Source: Planctomycetota bacterium
GTDB taxonomy: Bacteria; Planctomycetota; Brocadiia; JAADGH01
DNA: 64,000 nucleotides
Assembly: GCA_040755855.1 (NCBI GenBank)
Contig: JBFMAD010000004.1
Coordinates: 96,001-160,000 of the forward strand
Direction: 5' to 3'
Part shown: in pieces, positions 18,502-29,067 of the stretch
How positions within the stretch are numbered: the stretch's first letter is position 1
How the letters are laid out: each line of letters starts with the position of its first letter
The notes under the pieces: generated by a model
The model's database searches: none
Seen by the model: only the letters and a program-made list of their open reading frames with translations
Told to the model about the DNA's origin: nothing
Program-made: the position numbers and the translations under genes

Positions 18502-19779
18502 ATGGCTGTCGGACTGGGTTACGAGGATAGGTATCTGACCGAGGACGAGGCGCGCGAGACCATCGCCAGGGGCCTGGCGCAAGAGAAGTGGGACGGCAAG
18601 AAAGTGGTGGCGCTCATCCCCGACCACACGCGCAGCGGCCCCATCGGCATGGTCATCAAGATGGTCTATGACGCCATCGGCAAGCAGTGCAAATTGTTCG
18701 ACTGCCTCGTCGCCCTCGGCACCCACCCGCCCATGCCCGAAGACAAAATCCTCGAACGCTGCGAGCTGACCCGCAAGGAGTGGCGGACCAAATACAAAAA
18801 GATGCGCTTCTTCAACCACCACTGGGACAAGCCGGAGACCTTCGCCGAGGTGGGCAAGTTCACGGAGGACATGATCGAGGAAATCTCCGAGGGCCGCATG
18901 CGCGAGGAGGTCCCCGTGGCCGTGAACAAGATGGTCCTCGACTACGACGCGATCCTCATCATCGGCCCCACCTTCCCGCACGAGGTCGTCGGCTTCAGCG
19001 GCGGGAACAAGTATATCTTCCCCGGCATCTCGGGCAAGCAACTGATTGACGCCTTCCACTGGCTCGGCGCGGTCATCACAAATCCCAAAATCAACGGCAC
19101 GAAATGGACGCCCGTGCGGAAGGTGGTGGATACGGCCGCGGCGATGGTCCCGGTGCAGCGCTTCTGCGTCAGCATCGTGGCCCACTTCGGAAAGCTGAGC
19201 GGGGTCTATATCGGCTCGCCGGAGGATGCCTGGTCCGATGCGGCCGACCTGTCGGACAAGCTCCACATCGTATACAAGGAGAAGCCATACAAGCAGGTCC
19301 TCTCCATGTCGCCCGAGATGTACGACGACGTCTGGACGGCGGGGAAGTGCATGTACAAGTTGGAGCCGGTGGTGGCCGACGGCGGCGAGTTGATCATCTA
19401 CGCCCCGCACATTGACGAAATCTCCTACACCCACGGCAAGATCATTGACGAGATCGGGTATCATACCATCGAGTACTTCCTGGCGCAGTGGGGCCGGTTC
19501 AAGGGCTACCCCCGCGGCGTGACGGCGCACTCGACGCACGTGAAGGGGATCGGCGCTTATGCAAACGGCGTCGAGAAGCCGCGCGTCAACGTGACGCTCG
19601 CCACGCGCATCCCCAAGGCGCGGTGCAAGCGGGTGAACCTGGGCTACCGCGACCCCGCCACGATCAACCCCGCCGACTATGAGAACCGCGAGGGCGAGGG
19701 CGTCCTCTGCGTCCACAAGGCGGGCGAGATGCTCCACCGGCTCACGCACCCCCCCGCCTGGGCGCGATTCGGCGGGTGA
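18502..19779 (+). CDS. Lactate racemase (LarA) domain protein
   Basis: PDHTRS, ALGTHPP, NHHW, FPHEVVGFSGGNKY, WTAGK; TTGACA-N18-TAGGAT promoter at 18418-18447. Confidence 0.85.
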   Translation: MAVGLGYEDRYLTEDEARETIARGLAQEKWDGKKVVALIPDHTRSGPIGMVIKMVYDAIGKQCKLFDCLVALGTHPPMPEDKILERCELTRKEWRTKYKKMRFFNHHWDKPETFAEVGKFTEDMIEEISEGRMREEVPVAVNKMVLDYDAILIIGPTFPHEVVGFSGGNKYIFPGISGKQLIDAFHWLGAVITNPKINGTKWTPVRKVVDTAAAMVPVQRFCVSIVAHFGKLSGVYIGSPEDAWSDAADLSDKLHIVYKEKPYKQVLSMSPEMYDDVWTAGKCMYKLEPVVADGGELIIYAPHIDEISYTHGKIIDEIGYHTIEYFLAQWGRFKGYPRGVTAHSTHVKGIGAYANGVEKPRVNVTLATRIPKARCKRVNLGYRDPATINPADYENREGEGVLCVHKAGEMLHRLTHPPAWARFGG

Positions 19780-19992
19780 ACGCGGCGGCGCATGGCCCTT
19801 GACTTCTACAGTTGTAGGTGTCCCCAGAATTGCCGAACTGCCGGAACTGCATCGGAGAAACGGGAATTCATCGGGTTCAAGACGGGGAAGAGCACGTGAA
19901 ACTGGTATTATCCTTTTGTTCCAGGATGGATGATGGTAAGGTAATGCCGAACGGAAAGTTGTCCCGGATGAATGAGTAGAGGATTCTGACAG

Positions 19993-21492
19993 ATGCCCAC
20001 GTTGAACTGGCTCGGTCGAGAGGATGCGGTGAAGGCTGCGGCCCGCGCCCCGTACCGCGTTTTGGGGCATGACCCGGCATTGTCGTTCGGGGACCAGGAC
20101 AACGAAAACATGCTCATCCAGGGCGATAACCTTGACGCGCTGAAGGCGCTGCTCCCCTACTACGCCGGGCGCGTCAAGTGCATCGCCATTGATCCGCCTT
20201 ATAACACAAAGAGCGCCTTCGAACACTATGACGACAACCTCGAACATTCCACGTGGCTTTCCATGATGTACCCCCGCCTTGAATTGCTTAGGGAATTGCT
20301 TACAGAGGATGGCTCAATTTGGGTTTGTATAGACGACAATGAGGCGCACTACCTCAAGGTCATCATGGACGAGATTTTCGGGCGGAGGAATTTTGTAGCG
20401 AACGTCGTCTGGCAGAAGCGCACATCTCCAGACGCCCGTATTGACCTGGGCGATGCCCAAGACAACATACTTGTTTATGCAAGGGAAAAAGAACGGGTTC
20501 AATTCAACAAGTTGACGGTAGCTACCGAAAAAAGATCTGGCTATCGTAATCCCGACAACGATCCAAGGGGACCTTGGGCGTCCACCGATTTCTCGGCTCA
20601 AGGTTGGCGACCCAACCAAATGTACAAACTGGTCACTCCGGGAGGCGTAGAATATGAACCTCCGCCTGGGCGTTGCTGGGTAAATGTCGAGTCGGTTTTC
20701 AAAGAGGTTTGCGCTGACGGTCGAATGTGGTTTGGAAAAGATGGAAAATCGAGGCCCAGGGTCAAGCATTTCCTTTCAGAAAGCACCGGAATTCGATCCT
20801 GGACTTGGTGGCCTCATGCTGAGGTTGGGCACAACCAAGAAGCCAAGAAGGAAATAAACGAACTGTTTGGAGCTGAAGACGCCTTCGATACGCCAAAGCC
20901 AGAGAGACTGCTTTGCCGCATAATCAACATCGCCTGCGGCCCCGGCGACATCGTTTGCGATTCCTTTCTCGGTTCTGGAACTACGACGGCCGTGGCACAC
21001 AAGATGGGCCGGCGCTGGATCGGGGTGGAGATGGGTGAACACGCGGTTACGCATGGCGTCCCCCGATTGAAGAAGGTGATCGAGGGCGAACAGGGCGGCA
21101 TTTCCCAGGCCGTCAACTGGAAGGGCGGAGGCGGCTTTCGATTCTACCGGCTTGGTCCGGCCATCACAGATGAGAACGGCCTGATTAACAAGGACATCCG
21201 CTTCCCCGTCCTGGCGGCTCATATCTGGTTCTCCGAGACGCATACGCCCTTGCCCAAAATCTCAAGGTCGCCCTTGCTTGGGGTTCATAGGGACACCGCC
21301 TTGTATCTGCTCTACAACGGCATCCTGGGGGACAAGAAATCGAATGCCTTGACCGGCCGCGTCCTGCGCGAGCTTCCGCCCCACAAGGGGCCGAAGGTCA
21401 TCTATGCCGAATGCACCAGCCTTGGCGACGACCGTTTGCGGCGAGAAAACATCATCTTCAAGCATATCCCGTATGACATCAAGGGACGATGA
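19993..21492 (+). CDS. mod: Type III restriction-modification methyltransferase subunit
   Basis: IQGDNL, IDPPYN, TPKPERL, DSFLGSGTT (beta-class order); stop overlaps the res start (ATGA). Confidence 0.9.
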   Translation: MPTLNWLGREDAVKAAARAPYRVLGHDPALSFGDQDNENMLIQGDNLDALKALLPYYAGRVKCIAIDPPYNTKSAFEHYDDNLEHSTWLSMMYPRLELLRELLTEDGSIWVCIDDNEAHYLKVIMDEIFGRRNFVANVVWQKRTSPDARIDLGDAQDNILVYAREKERVQFNKLTVATEKRSGYRNPDNDPRGPWASTDFSAQGWRPNQMYKLVTPGGVEYEPPPGRCWVNVESVFKEVCADGRMWFGKDGKSRPRVKHFLSESTGIRSWTWWPHAEVGHNQEAKKEINELFGAEDAFDTPKPERLLCRIINIACGPGDIVCDSFLGSGTTTAVAHKMGRRWIGVEMGEHAVTHGVPRLKKVIEGEQGGISQAVNWKGGGGFRFYRLGPAITDENGLINKDIRFPVLAAHIWFSETHTPLPKISRSPLLGVHRDTALYLLYNGILGDKKSNALTGRVLRELPPHKGPKVIYAECTSLGDDRLRRENIIFKHIPYDIKGR

Positions 21493-24092
21493 GGGCCGTC
21501 ATGTTCAAGCCAAAGCCATATCAGGAAGAAACGATCCAGAAGTTGGCGGACTATCTTGAATCGGCTCGCTTCGACGGGGCAAAGGCGGCATTCGATGCCG
21601 CGCCGCGCAGCGTCCCCGCGCCGTGGCGCAAGCCGTACAAGCCCTTGCCCGATCCCGAAGACGCCCCCTATGTCTGCCTGCGGCTCCCCACGGGCGGCGG
21701 CAAGACATTCCTGGCTGCGCAGTGTATCAAGATCGGCGCGAAATTTCTTGGCCGGGAAAAGAACCCCCTGGTCCTCTGGCTTGTTCCCACCAAGACTATC
21801 CGAGAGCAAAGCCTTGAGACTTTGCTCGACCCTAATCATCCGAACCGGCAGACCTTGGAAGCCGATTTTGAGGGGAAGCTCCGCGTCCTGGACATCGCCG
21901 ATTTCACTCAATTGACGCCGCAAGATCTACGCGACAAGGCATGCATTGTCATCGGCACTTTCGCCGCCCTCAGGGTCGGGGATACCGAGGGCCGCAAGGT
22001 TTACGACCATAACGAGCAATTGGAACCTCATTTCTCCCAAGTTCCCCCCGCCATGTCCGGACTTGAACTCCACACCGACGGGCCGGATAAAGACAAAGTG
22101 AAATTCTCCCTCGCCAATATCATGGCGTTGATTCGTCCGCTCGTGATAGTAGATGAGGCACACAACGCCACGACCGTTCTCAGCTACGAAGTCCTTCAGC
22201 GCGTTAAGGCCGGTTGCGTGATCGAATTCACGGCGACACCGGCAGGGGACAGCAATGTGCTGCACCATGTCTCCGCCTCAGAACTCAAGACGCAGAATAT
22301 GATTAAGCTGCCCATTATCCTGACCGAGCACCCGACATGGCAGGAGGCATTGACCGATACGATTCTCAAACGGAAGGCACTGGACGACTTGGCCAAGAAC
22401 GAGCCGGACTTTGTCCGCCCCATCGTTCTCATCCAAGCGGAGAGCAAGGACAGGGAAGTCACCGTGGGCGTTGTCGAAAAGTATCTCGTCGAGCAGGGCA
22501 AGATCGAGCGTGAGCGAATTGCCATCGCCACCGGGAGCCAGCGGGAACTGGACGGTGTGAAGCTCCTTGACCCATCGTGCAAGATTGAATTCATAATCAC
22601 GGTTCAGGCGCTCAAGGAGGGGTGGGACTGCCCCTTCGCCTACGTCTTCTGTTCCGTCGCCACCGTTCGCAGCGCCAAAGATGTTGAACAATTGCTTGGC
22701 CGCGTCCTTCGGATGCCTTATGCGAAGCGGCGCACCCATGACGATCTGAACAAGGCTTATGCTTTTGTTTCAAAAGGGTGCTGGCCTCGGGCTGTGAACG
22801 AACTTCACGACCGACTCGTGAACATGGGCTTTGACGAGGTCGAAGCCGCAGCCTATGTCAAACCGGAATTCGGGCCTACCTTGTTCCCGATTGAGACTCA
22901 ACTCCCCTTGCTCTCGTGGTCGGTCAAGGAGGCGCCAATCCTCGACAATCTGCCAAGCGAGATCAAGGAAAACGTAATGGTCGTGCGGGAGTCGGAGGGA
23001 ACGTATAAAGTTAGTGTGGCGGGCACGTTGGACCCTGAAGCGGAGGCAATGTTTATCGAGGCAATGCCTCAGTGCAAGCAGGAGGCAATCCGTCAGGCAT
23101 TTGCTGCGCGGCGAGAAGGCCTTCCCGGCCCCCTGCCGCATCGCCCGAAGATCGAACCCTTCCGAGTGCCGCAGTTGTGCTTGTGGATTGACGGCAAGCT
23201 CGAACCTGTCGAGCCGGAACACTGGCTTCCTGCAGACAGTTGGAGTTTATTGGACTTCCCCGCTGAATTGACAGAGGAAGAATTCCGGATTGAGGACACC
23301 GGGGATACTTATGTCATAGACGTACAAGGCAAGCGATTAACCATAGACTACGCCGGGCAACAAAAGAGCATAGCCTTTTCTGAAGCACCAGCAAATTGGA
23401 CAGACCTGGAACTGTCACGACAACTGGATCGCTCGCTCAAGCAGGACGATATCCGCCAGGAAGTGTTACTTGAGTTCATTCGCCGGACCATACGAATGTT
23501 GATTGAACGAAGGCGAATGTCCCTGGCTACCCTCTATATGGCTCGCTTGCCTTTGGAGAGGGCTTTGCGCCTTAAGATAGACTCCTGCCGGAAGAAGGCC
23601 GCGAGCAATGGATATCAGTCGCTCCTTTTCGGCGCACAATCACCCGTGGAGACCTCGTTCGTTTACGCATTTAACTTTGATCCTGACGATTACCCGGTCA
23701 AGATTCCATATAAGGGTGTTTTCAATTTTCCGAAACATTTCTACGGAAGGCTGATGGGCGATATGAACGGCCCGGAGGAAGAATGCGCACGCGAGATTGA
23801 GAAGAACCCCCACGTCAAGAGATGGGTCCGCAACCTCGATAGGATGTTCTCACTTCAGCTCGCCCACGGCAACTTCTACCCTGACTTCGTCGCCGAACTC
23901 GACGATGAGCGTATTTTGGTCGTCGAATACAAAGGGGAACACTTGATTGAACACGAACAGCAAAAGAAAAACATCGGCGAACTCTGGGAGAACAAGAGCA
24001 GAGGCAAGGGCCTTTTCCTCTGGGCAGTGGAGAAGGATGAATTTGGCCGGGATGTATACAGGCAACTTGAGGGTAAAATCACGGAGAAATGA
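21489..24092 (+). CDS. res: Type III restriction endonuclease/helicase subunit
   Basis: PTGGGKT, DEAH, TATP, EGWDCP, QLLGRVLR; C-terminal YPDF...VEYKG nuclease motif. Confidence 0.88.
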   Translation: MRAVMFKPKPYQEETIQKLADYLESARFDGAKAAFDAAPRSVPAPWRKPYKPLPDPEDAPYVCLRLPTGGGKTFLAAQCIKIGAKFLGREKNPLVLWLVPTKTIREQSLETLLDPNHPNRQTLEADFEGKLRVLDIADFTQLTPQDLRDKACIVIGTFAALRVGDTEGRKVYDHNEQLEPHFSQVPPAMSGLELHTDGPDKDKVKFSLANIMALIRPLVIVDEAHNATTVLSYEVLQRVKAGCVIEFTATPAGDSNVLHHVSASELKTQNMIKLPIILTEHPTWQEALTDTILKRKALDDLAKNEPDFVRPIVLIQAESKDREVTVGVVEKYLVEQGKIERERIAIATGSQRELDGVKLLDPSCKIEFIITVQALKEGWDCPFAYVFCSVATVRSAKDVEQLLGRVLRMPYAKRRTHDDLNKAYAFVSKGCWPRAVNELHDRLVNMGFDEVEAAAYVKPEFGPTLFPIETQLPLLSWSVKEAPILDNLPSEIKENVMVVRESEGTYKVSVAGTLDPEAEAMFIEAMPQCKQEAIRQAFAARREGLPGPLPHRPKIEPFRVPQLCLWIDGKLEPVEPEHWLPADSWSLLDFPAELTEEEFRIEDTGDTYVIDVQGKRLTIDYAGQQKSIAFSEAPANWTDLELSRQLDRSLKQDDIRQEVLLEFIRRTIRMLIERRRMSLATLYMARLPLERALRLKIDSCRKKAASNGYQSLLFGAQSPVETSFVYAFNFDPDDYPVKIPYKGVFNFPKHFYGRLMGDMNGPEEECAREIEKNPHVKRWVRNLDRMFSLQLAHGNFYPDFVAELDDERILVVEYKGEHLIEHEQQKKNIGELWENKSRGKGLFLWAVEKDEFGRDVYRQLEGKITEK

Positions 24093-24167
24093 CCTTCGGC
24101 CGTTGAACCTGCCTGCTATGACTACCGAGCGGAACCGGGCGGGGATCGAGACTGAACTACGGAACTG

Positions 24168-25403
24168 ATGGACGAACCAGGCCAACCTGTCAACTGGAAG
24201 AAAAACCTCGTCTTCGCGTGGATGTCGCAAGTCCTGTCGCTGACGGGATTTGCGTTCGCCATGCCCTTCGCGGCGTTCTTCATCCAGGAGGACCTCCGCA
24301 TCACCGACCCCGCCAAGGCGAAGGCGTGGATGGGGGCGTTCGAGGCAACCGCCTACATCAGCCTCGCAATCATGGCGCCGATATGGGGAATTCTGGCCGA
24401 CCGCTTCGGCCGCAAGATGATGATGCTCCGCGCCAACCTCGGCGGCGCCGTGAGCGTCGCGCTCATGGCCTTTGCGCCCAACATCCAGACGCTGATCCTC
24501 CTGCGCATCCTCCAGGGGGCGTTCTCGGGCACCGTGTCCGCCGCACAGACGCTTGTGGCCAGCTACACGCCCGACCATCGGCAAGGCATGGCGCTCGGCA
24601 CGATGAGCGCCGCCATCTTCGCCGGATCGTCGCTCGGCAACTGGGCGGGCGGCGAGTTCGCCTACCGCTTCGGATACCGCAACGCCTTCCTCGCCGCCGG
24701 CGCAATCTTGGCCTTGTCGTGCGTGCTGGTGATCTTCGGGATCGAGGAGCGGCTGGACCCGAACGGCGCCCCGGCAAATTCGGAGACGAGCAAGGAGGCC
24801 GATCGCTCGATGGGGCTGGCGGGGCCGATCCTGCTCCTCCTGGCGGCGATGGCCTTTGTCGGGCGGTTCGACTCCCCCATGCTCCCCTTCCTCGTGCAGG
24901 AGATTCACGGCAAGGTGCAGGGGGCCGAGTTGTGGGTGAGTCGGGTCAACATCATGTTCTGCATCGGGGCGTTTCTGGCGGGATTTATCTGGGGCTGGGT
25001 GGCCGACCGCGTGGCGCCGCCGAAGATGGCGCGTGTGTGCGCGGTGGCCACGGGGCTTTGCATGATCCCGCAGGCGCTGGTGATGAGCTTCGCCCCGCTC
25101 ATGGCGAGCAGACTGGGGATGGCGTTTTTCGGCGGGGGACTAGACCCGGTCTTTCAAATCTGGCTGGCGAAGGTGACGCCTGCCGAGCGGCGCGGCGCGA
25201 TCTTCGGATGGGCGGTCACGGTGAAGTCCGTCGGCTGGGGCATCAGTCCGATGCTGAGCGTATTGGTCGGTGTCACGTATGGGGTTCGGTGGTGTTTCGG
25301 GCTGACGGCGCTGCTGTATGTCTTGCTCATCCCGCTCATCGGATTTGTCGCGCGTCGCGTCACTCACCCGGCGACGGATGGGATTGCGGCGGAGGACGTG
25401 TGA
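24168..25403 (+). CDS. MFS transporter (DHA1/MdtG-like)
   Basis: WGILADRFGRK motif A; about 12 hydrophobic segments. Confidence 0.9.
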   Translation: MDEPGQPVNWKKNLVFAWMSQVLSLTGFAFAMPFAAFFIQEDLRITDPAKAKAWMGAFEATAYISLAIMAPIWGILADRFGRKMMMLRANLGGAVSVALMAFAPNIQTLILLRILQGAFSGTVSAAQTLVASYTPDHRQGMALGTMSAAIFAGSSLGNWAGGEFAYRFGYRNAFLAAGAILALSCVLVIFGIEERLDPNGAPANSETSKEADRSMGLAGPILLLLAAMAFVGRFDSPMLPFLVQEIHGKVQGAELWVSRVNIMFCIGAFLAGFIWGWVADRVAPPKMARVCAVATGLCMIPQALVMSFAPLMASRLGMAFFGGGLDPVFQIWLAKVTPAERRGAIFGWAVTVKSVGWGISPMLSVLVGVTYGVRWCFGLTALLYVLLIPLIGFVARRVTHPATDGIAAEDV

Positions 25404-25423
25404 GGCGTCCCTGAACGAAGAGA

Positions 25424-25485
25424 CGTCATTCCCGCGCAAGCGAGAATCCACGCCTCACCACGAAGTTCACGAAGGCCACGAAGAA
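25424..25485. repeat. CGTC-type REP-like palindrome followed by a 9-nt-periodic arm
   Basis: CGTCATTCCCGCGCAAGCGAGAATCCA; ACCACGAAGTTCACGAAGGCCACGAAGAA. Confidence 0.65.
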
Positions 25486-25633
25486 AAACAATAGGTCGCA
25501 GAATTCCCCTTCGCATTGTCGGGTGCATGGTGTATAATATGCCTGCTCGTAGTGAGGCGTCGGGCCTTTCCCACCACTCCGCATATGGTGCGAGCCGTCA
25601 CATGCTGGATACGATAGAGGGACAGGAAATAGA

Positions 25634-28600
25634 ATGACATCCCCGAAACTTATGGACAATCCGAATCAACTCCCAGGGGACCGGCTTCTAAAACCGCTAC
25701 AGGACTTCGCCCAGCAAGTCACAGCGAAATTCTCCGTGACTACCGACGGGGAGCCGGAGGACCAACTCCGTGCGCCCGTGGAAACGCTCCTGCGCACATT
25801 CGGTCAGATCATCTCGAAAGACATCGTCCTCGAGGGTGAAGCGCGTCTCCGCGACCGTCTTGGCAAGCCCGACTTCGCCGCTCACGACGGAAGGCTCCTC
25901 ACCGGTTACGTCGAACTCAAGGCCCCCGGCAAGGGCGCAAACCCCGCCCACTTCAAAGACCACGACCGCGACCAGTGGAACCGCTTCAAGAACGTCCCGA
26001 ACATCCTCTACACCGACGGCAACGAGTGGGCCGTCTATCAGGACGGCGAACTCTTCGGGAAACGACTGCGCCTCACGGGCGACGTGTGCACGGCCGGCAA
26101 GTCGGCTGTCGCCCTCGCGGACGCCAGACGCCTTTTTGATATTCTTGCTGCGTTCACCTCCTGGTCGCCCATCGTCCCCAAGAAGGCCAAGGACATCGCC
26201 CAGTTCCTCGCGCCGTACTGCCGCCTCGTGCGGGAGGATGTGTTGGATGCGCTGTGGCACTATGACTCCCCCCTGCATGCGCTCAGAAAAGAGATCAAGC
26301 AACTTCTCTTCCCCGACGCCACCGACCGCCAGTTCGCCGACGCCTACGCGCAGACCGTCATCTTCGCCATGCTCCTGGCCCAGATGGAGGGCGCAGACGT
26401 CCTCAACCTGCGAAACGTCTATGAGACACTTGCCAGCCACCATCTACTCCTTTCCCGGTCCCTGGAATTCTTGACCGACCCCCAGGCGCTCAGGGAAATC
26501 TGGTCCTCCATATCCCTCGCCCAGCGCGTCATCCACGAAGTCCCGCCCGAATCCCTGAAGGCCGACGACCGCCTGATACCCGAAGCCACGGGAAAAGACC
26601 CCTGGCTCTTCTTCTATGAGCATTTTCTCGCCGCGTACGACCCCAGGCTCCGCAAGGAGTGGGGCGTCTATTACACGCCCGTCGAGGTCGTCCGATGCCA
26701 GGTCCGCCTGATTGACGAAATCCTGAACGACCACCTGGGCAAGCACATGGGCTTCGTGGAACCCGGCGTCATCACGCTCGACCCGGCGCTTGGAACCGGG
26801 ACCTATCTCATGGCGATCATTGACCACGCCCTCGACCGCGTGGAGAAGGAAGAAGGCCCCGGCGCGGTGAAAGGCGGGGCGCGGTCGCTGACGCACAACC
26901 TCCACGGCTTCGAGTGGATGGTGGGGCCGTACGCCGTGGCGCAGCTCCGCTTCACCCGCGCCCTCACGTCGCGCGGGGCCACGCTGCCCCCGGCGGGCCT
27001 GGGCATCTACCTGACCAACACGCTGGAGTCGCCCCATATCAAACCCCCCGCGCCGCCCCTCTTCCACCAGCCCATCGCCCGCGAGCATGAGCGGGCCTTG
27101 AAGGTGAAGGACCAGGAGCACGTCTTGGTCTGCCTCGGCAATCCCCCCTACGGACGGCACGCCTCGGCGTCGGAGTACAGCCGCGCCGTCACCGGCGGAT
27201 GGGTCCGCCACGGCGACCGCGCCCCGGACGTTCCGGCCCTCCCGATCCTGGAGGACTTCCTCGAACCGGCCCGGAAGGCCGGGCATGGGGTCCACCTGAA
27301 GAACCTCTACAACCTCTACGTCTATTTCATCCGATGGGCCTTGTGGAAGGTCTTTGAGCACAAGTCGGCGACGGGGCCGGGCATCGTCTCCTTCATCACC
27401 GCATCGAGCTACTTAGAGGGCGACGCCTTCGCGGGCGTCCGCGAGCACATGCGCCGCGTCTGCGACCATATTGACATCATTGACCTCGGGGGCGAGGGCC
27501 GCGGCACGCGCAAGACGGAGAACGTCTTCGCCATTCAAACCCCTGTCGCCATCTTCCTGGCCTGGCGAGAGGGGCGGCCCAATCGCAGCGAACCGGCCAC
27601 TGTCCGGTACACCCGCATCGGGGGCAAACGGGATAGCAAGCTCGAGGTCCTGAACAAAATAACATCACACAAAAAGCTGAATTGGCAAGACTGCCCCAAC
27701 GAATGGCAGGCGCCGTTTAAGCCGGAGACCACAGGACGATTTGCGGCATGGTCATCCATCACACACCTATTCCCGTGGCAGAACAACGGCGTAAAAGCGG
27801 GAAGAGTGTGGGTCATTGATCCGACAGAGGAGGGTATCCGAAGTAAACTGACCCGCTTGTTCGCGGCAAAGGGCATTGAGCAACGCAAGATGTTCAAGGA
27901 TTCGCCCACGGGTAGAAAACTTGGCGAGACCCCCACGCAGTTGCCGCCAAGCCAGACTCGGTTGCTTCCACTGGACGAAGAGAGCGACCCGGCCTCAATA
28001 CCTGTCGTGCGATACGCATATCGTTCGTTTGACCGGCAGTATGTGATAGCGGATGCGCGTTTTCTGGACCGACCCGGTCCTTCCGTCTGGCAAGCCCATG
28101 GCGAGAAGCAGGTGTATCTGACAAGTACGTTGTATACGCCCCTCGGAGGTGGCCCTGCACTCACCGCGGCCGCAGAGATACCAGACCTGCATCACTTTTG
28201 CAACCGTGGGGCAAAGGATGCAATCCCCCTCTACCGCGATGCGGCGGCGACGGAGGCGAATATCCTGCCGGGGCTTCTCGATCTGCTCGCAAGCGAGTAC
28301 GGTCGGTCCGTAAGTCCAGAGGACTTGGCGGGTTACGTCTATGCCGTCCTCGCGCAGCCGGAATACACGAGGCGCTTCGAACGCGAGCTGGGCGGGCGGC
28401 AGGTGCGCGTGCCCCTGACGAAGGACGCAAAGATCTTCTTCCGCGCCGCCGAGTTCGGCAAGGCCCTGATCTGGCTACACACCTACGGGGAACGGATGAC
28501 GGCTAAGGAGCGGCCGAAGGGGAAGGTCCCGCGCGGCAAGGCCAAGTGCGACAAGGCCGTGTCGGAACGTGAGGAGGACTACCCCAACAAGTTTGAATAC

Positions 28601-28987
28601 GCCGAGAAAACGAAGACGCTCTATGTGGGCGACGGCGCATTCCGGCCCGTTGATACCGAGGTTTTTGAGTTCGAGGTGTCGGGTCTCAAGGTCGTCAAGT
28701 CGTGGCTTGGGTATCGGATGCGCGAGCGGTCGGGCAAGAAATCCAGCCCTCTCGACGACATCCGCCCGAAGGTCTGGACGCATGACTTCACGAAAGAACT
28801 TCTGGAACTGCTGTGGGTGCTGGAAAAGACGATCGAGGGCTACCCGGAGCAGAAGAAGCTGTTGGAGGCCGTCCTGGCAAGCGACATCTTCAAGGAAGCC
28901 AAACTCCCGGCCGTTCCCGCCGCATCGCGCAAGCCGCCGGAGGTGAAGCGGCGGAAGAAGACGGGGCAGAGGGAAATCGAGATGTAA
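25634..28987 (+). CDS. Single-chain restriction endonuclease/N6-adenine methyltransferase (type IIG-like, type ISP-like C-terminal specificity domain, no helicase)
   Basis: N-terminal KPDF...VELKAP nuclease; GVYYTP, LDPALGTGTY, GNPPY; YAYRSFDRQ and WLGYR C-terminal motifs; extended -10 TGxTATAAT upstream. Confidence 0.85.
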   Translation: MTSPKLMDNPNQLPGDRLLKPLQDFAQQVTAKFSVTTDGEPEDQLRAPVETLLRTFGQIISKDIVLEGEARLRDRLGKPDFAAHDGRLLTGYVELKAPGKGANPAHFKDHDRDQWNRFKNVPNILYTDGNEWAVYQDGELFGKRLRLTGDVCTAGKSAVALADARRLFDILAAFTSWSPIVPKKAKDIAQFLAPYCRLVREDVLDALWHYDSPLHALRKEIKQLLFPDATDRQFADAYAQTVIFAMLLAQMEGADVLNLRNVYETLASHHLLLSRSLEFLTDPQALREIWSSISLAQRVIHEVPPESLKADDRLIPEATGKDPWLFFYEHFLAAYDPRLRKEWGVYYTPVEVVRCQVRLIDEILNDHLGKHMGFVEPGVITLDPALGTGTYLMAIIDHALDRVEKEEGPGAVKGGARSLTHNLHGFEWMVGPYAVAQLRFTRALTSRGATLPPAGLGIYLTNTLESPHIKPPAPPLFHQPIAREHERALKVKDQEHVLVCLGNPPYGRHASASEYSRAVTGGWVRHGDRAPDVPALPILEDFLEPARKAGHGVHLKNLYNLYVYFIRWALWKVFEHKSATGPGIVSFITASSYLEGDAFAGVREHMRRVCDHIDIIDLGGEGRGTRKTENVFAIQTPVAIFLAWREGRPNRSEPATVRYTRIGGKRDSKLEVLNKITSHKKLNWQDCPNEWQAPFKPETTGRFAAWSSITHLFPWQNNGVKAGRVWVIDPTEEGIRSKLTRLFAAKGIEQRKMFKDSPTGRKLGETPTQLPPSQTRLLPLDEESDPASIPVVRYAYRSFDRQYVIADARFLDRPGPSVWQAHGEKQVYLTSTLYTPLGGGPALTAAAEIPDLHHFCNRGAKDAIPLYRDAAATEANILPGLLDLLASEYGRSVSPEDLAGYVYAVLAQPEYTRRFERELGGRQVRVPLTKDAKIFFRAAEFGKALIWLHTYGERMTAKERPKGKVPRGKAKCDKAVSEREEDYPNKFEYAEKTKTLYVGDGAFRPVDTEVFEFEVSGLKVVKSWLGYRMRERSGKKSSPLDDIRPKVWTHDFTKELLELLWVLEKTIEGYPEQKKLLEAVLASDIFKEAKLPAVPAASRKPPEVKRRKKTGQREIEM

Positions 28988-29067
28988 GAGTGTAGGGCGC
29001 AATGAGGCGCTGGTCGGCGGTGGGGAAGAGATAGGGGAAATGAGACGAAGATGAGGATGCTCACGGC

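Noticed and set aside
18409..20247. Long antisense ORFs (also 1603..3003, 11405..13054, 30812..32110, 38993..40483, 40703..42310, 51175..52758, 61395..63695)
   Set aside because: Shadow ORFs opposite well-supported genes in GC-rich DNA, with no recognisable motifs
25540..25615. Riboswitch or tRNA upstream of the type IIG-like gene
   Set aside because: Only a weak GCTCGTA/TGCGAGC stem; no cloverleaf or known aptamer motif
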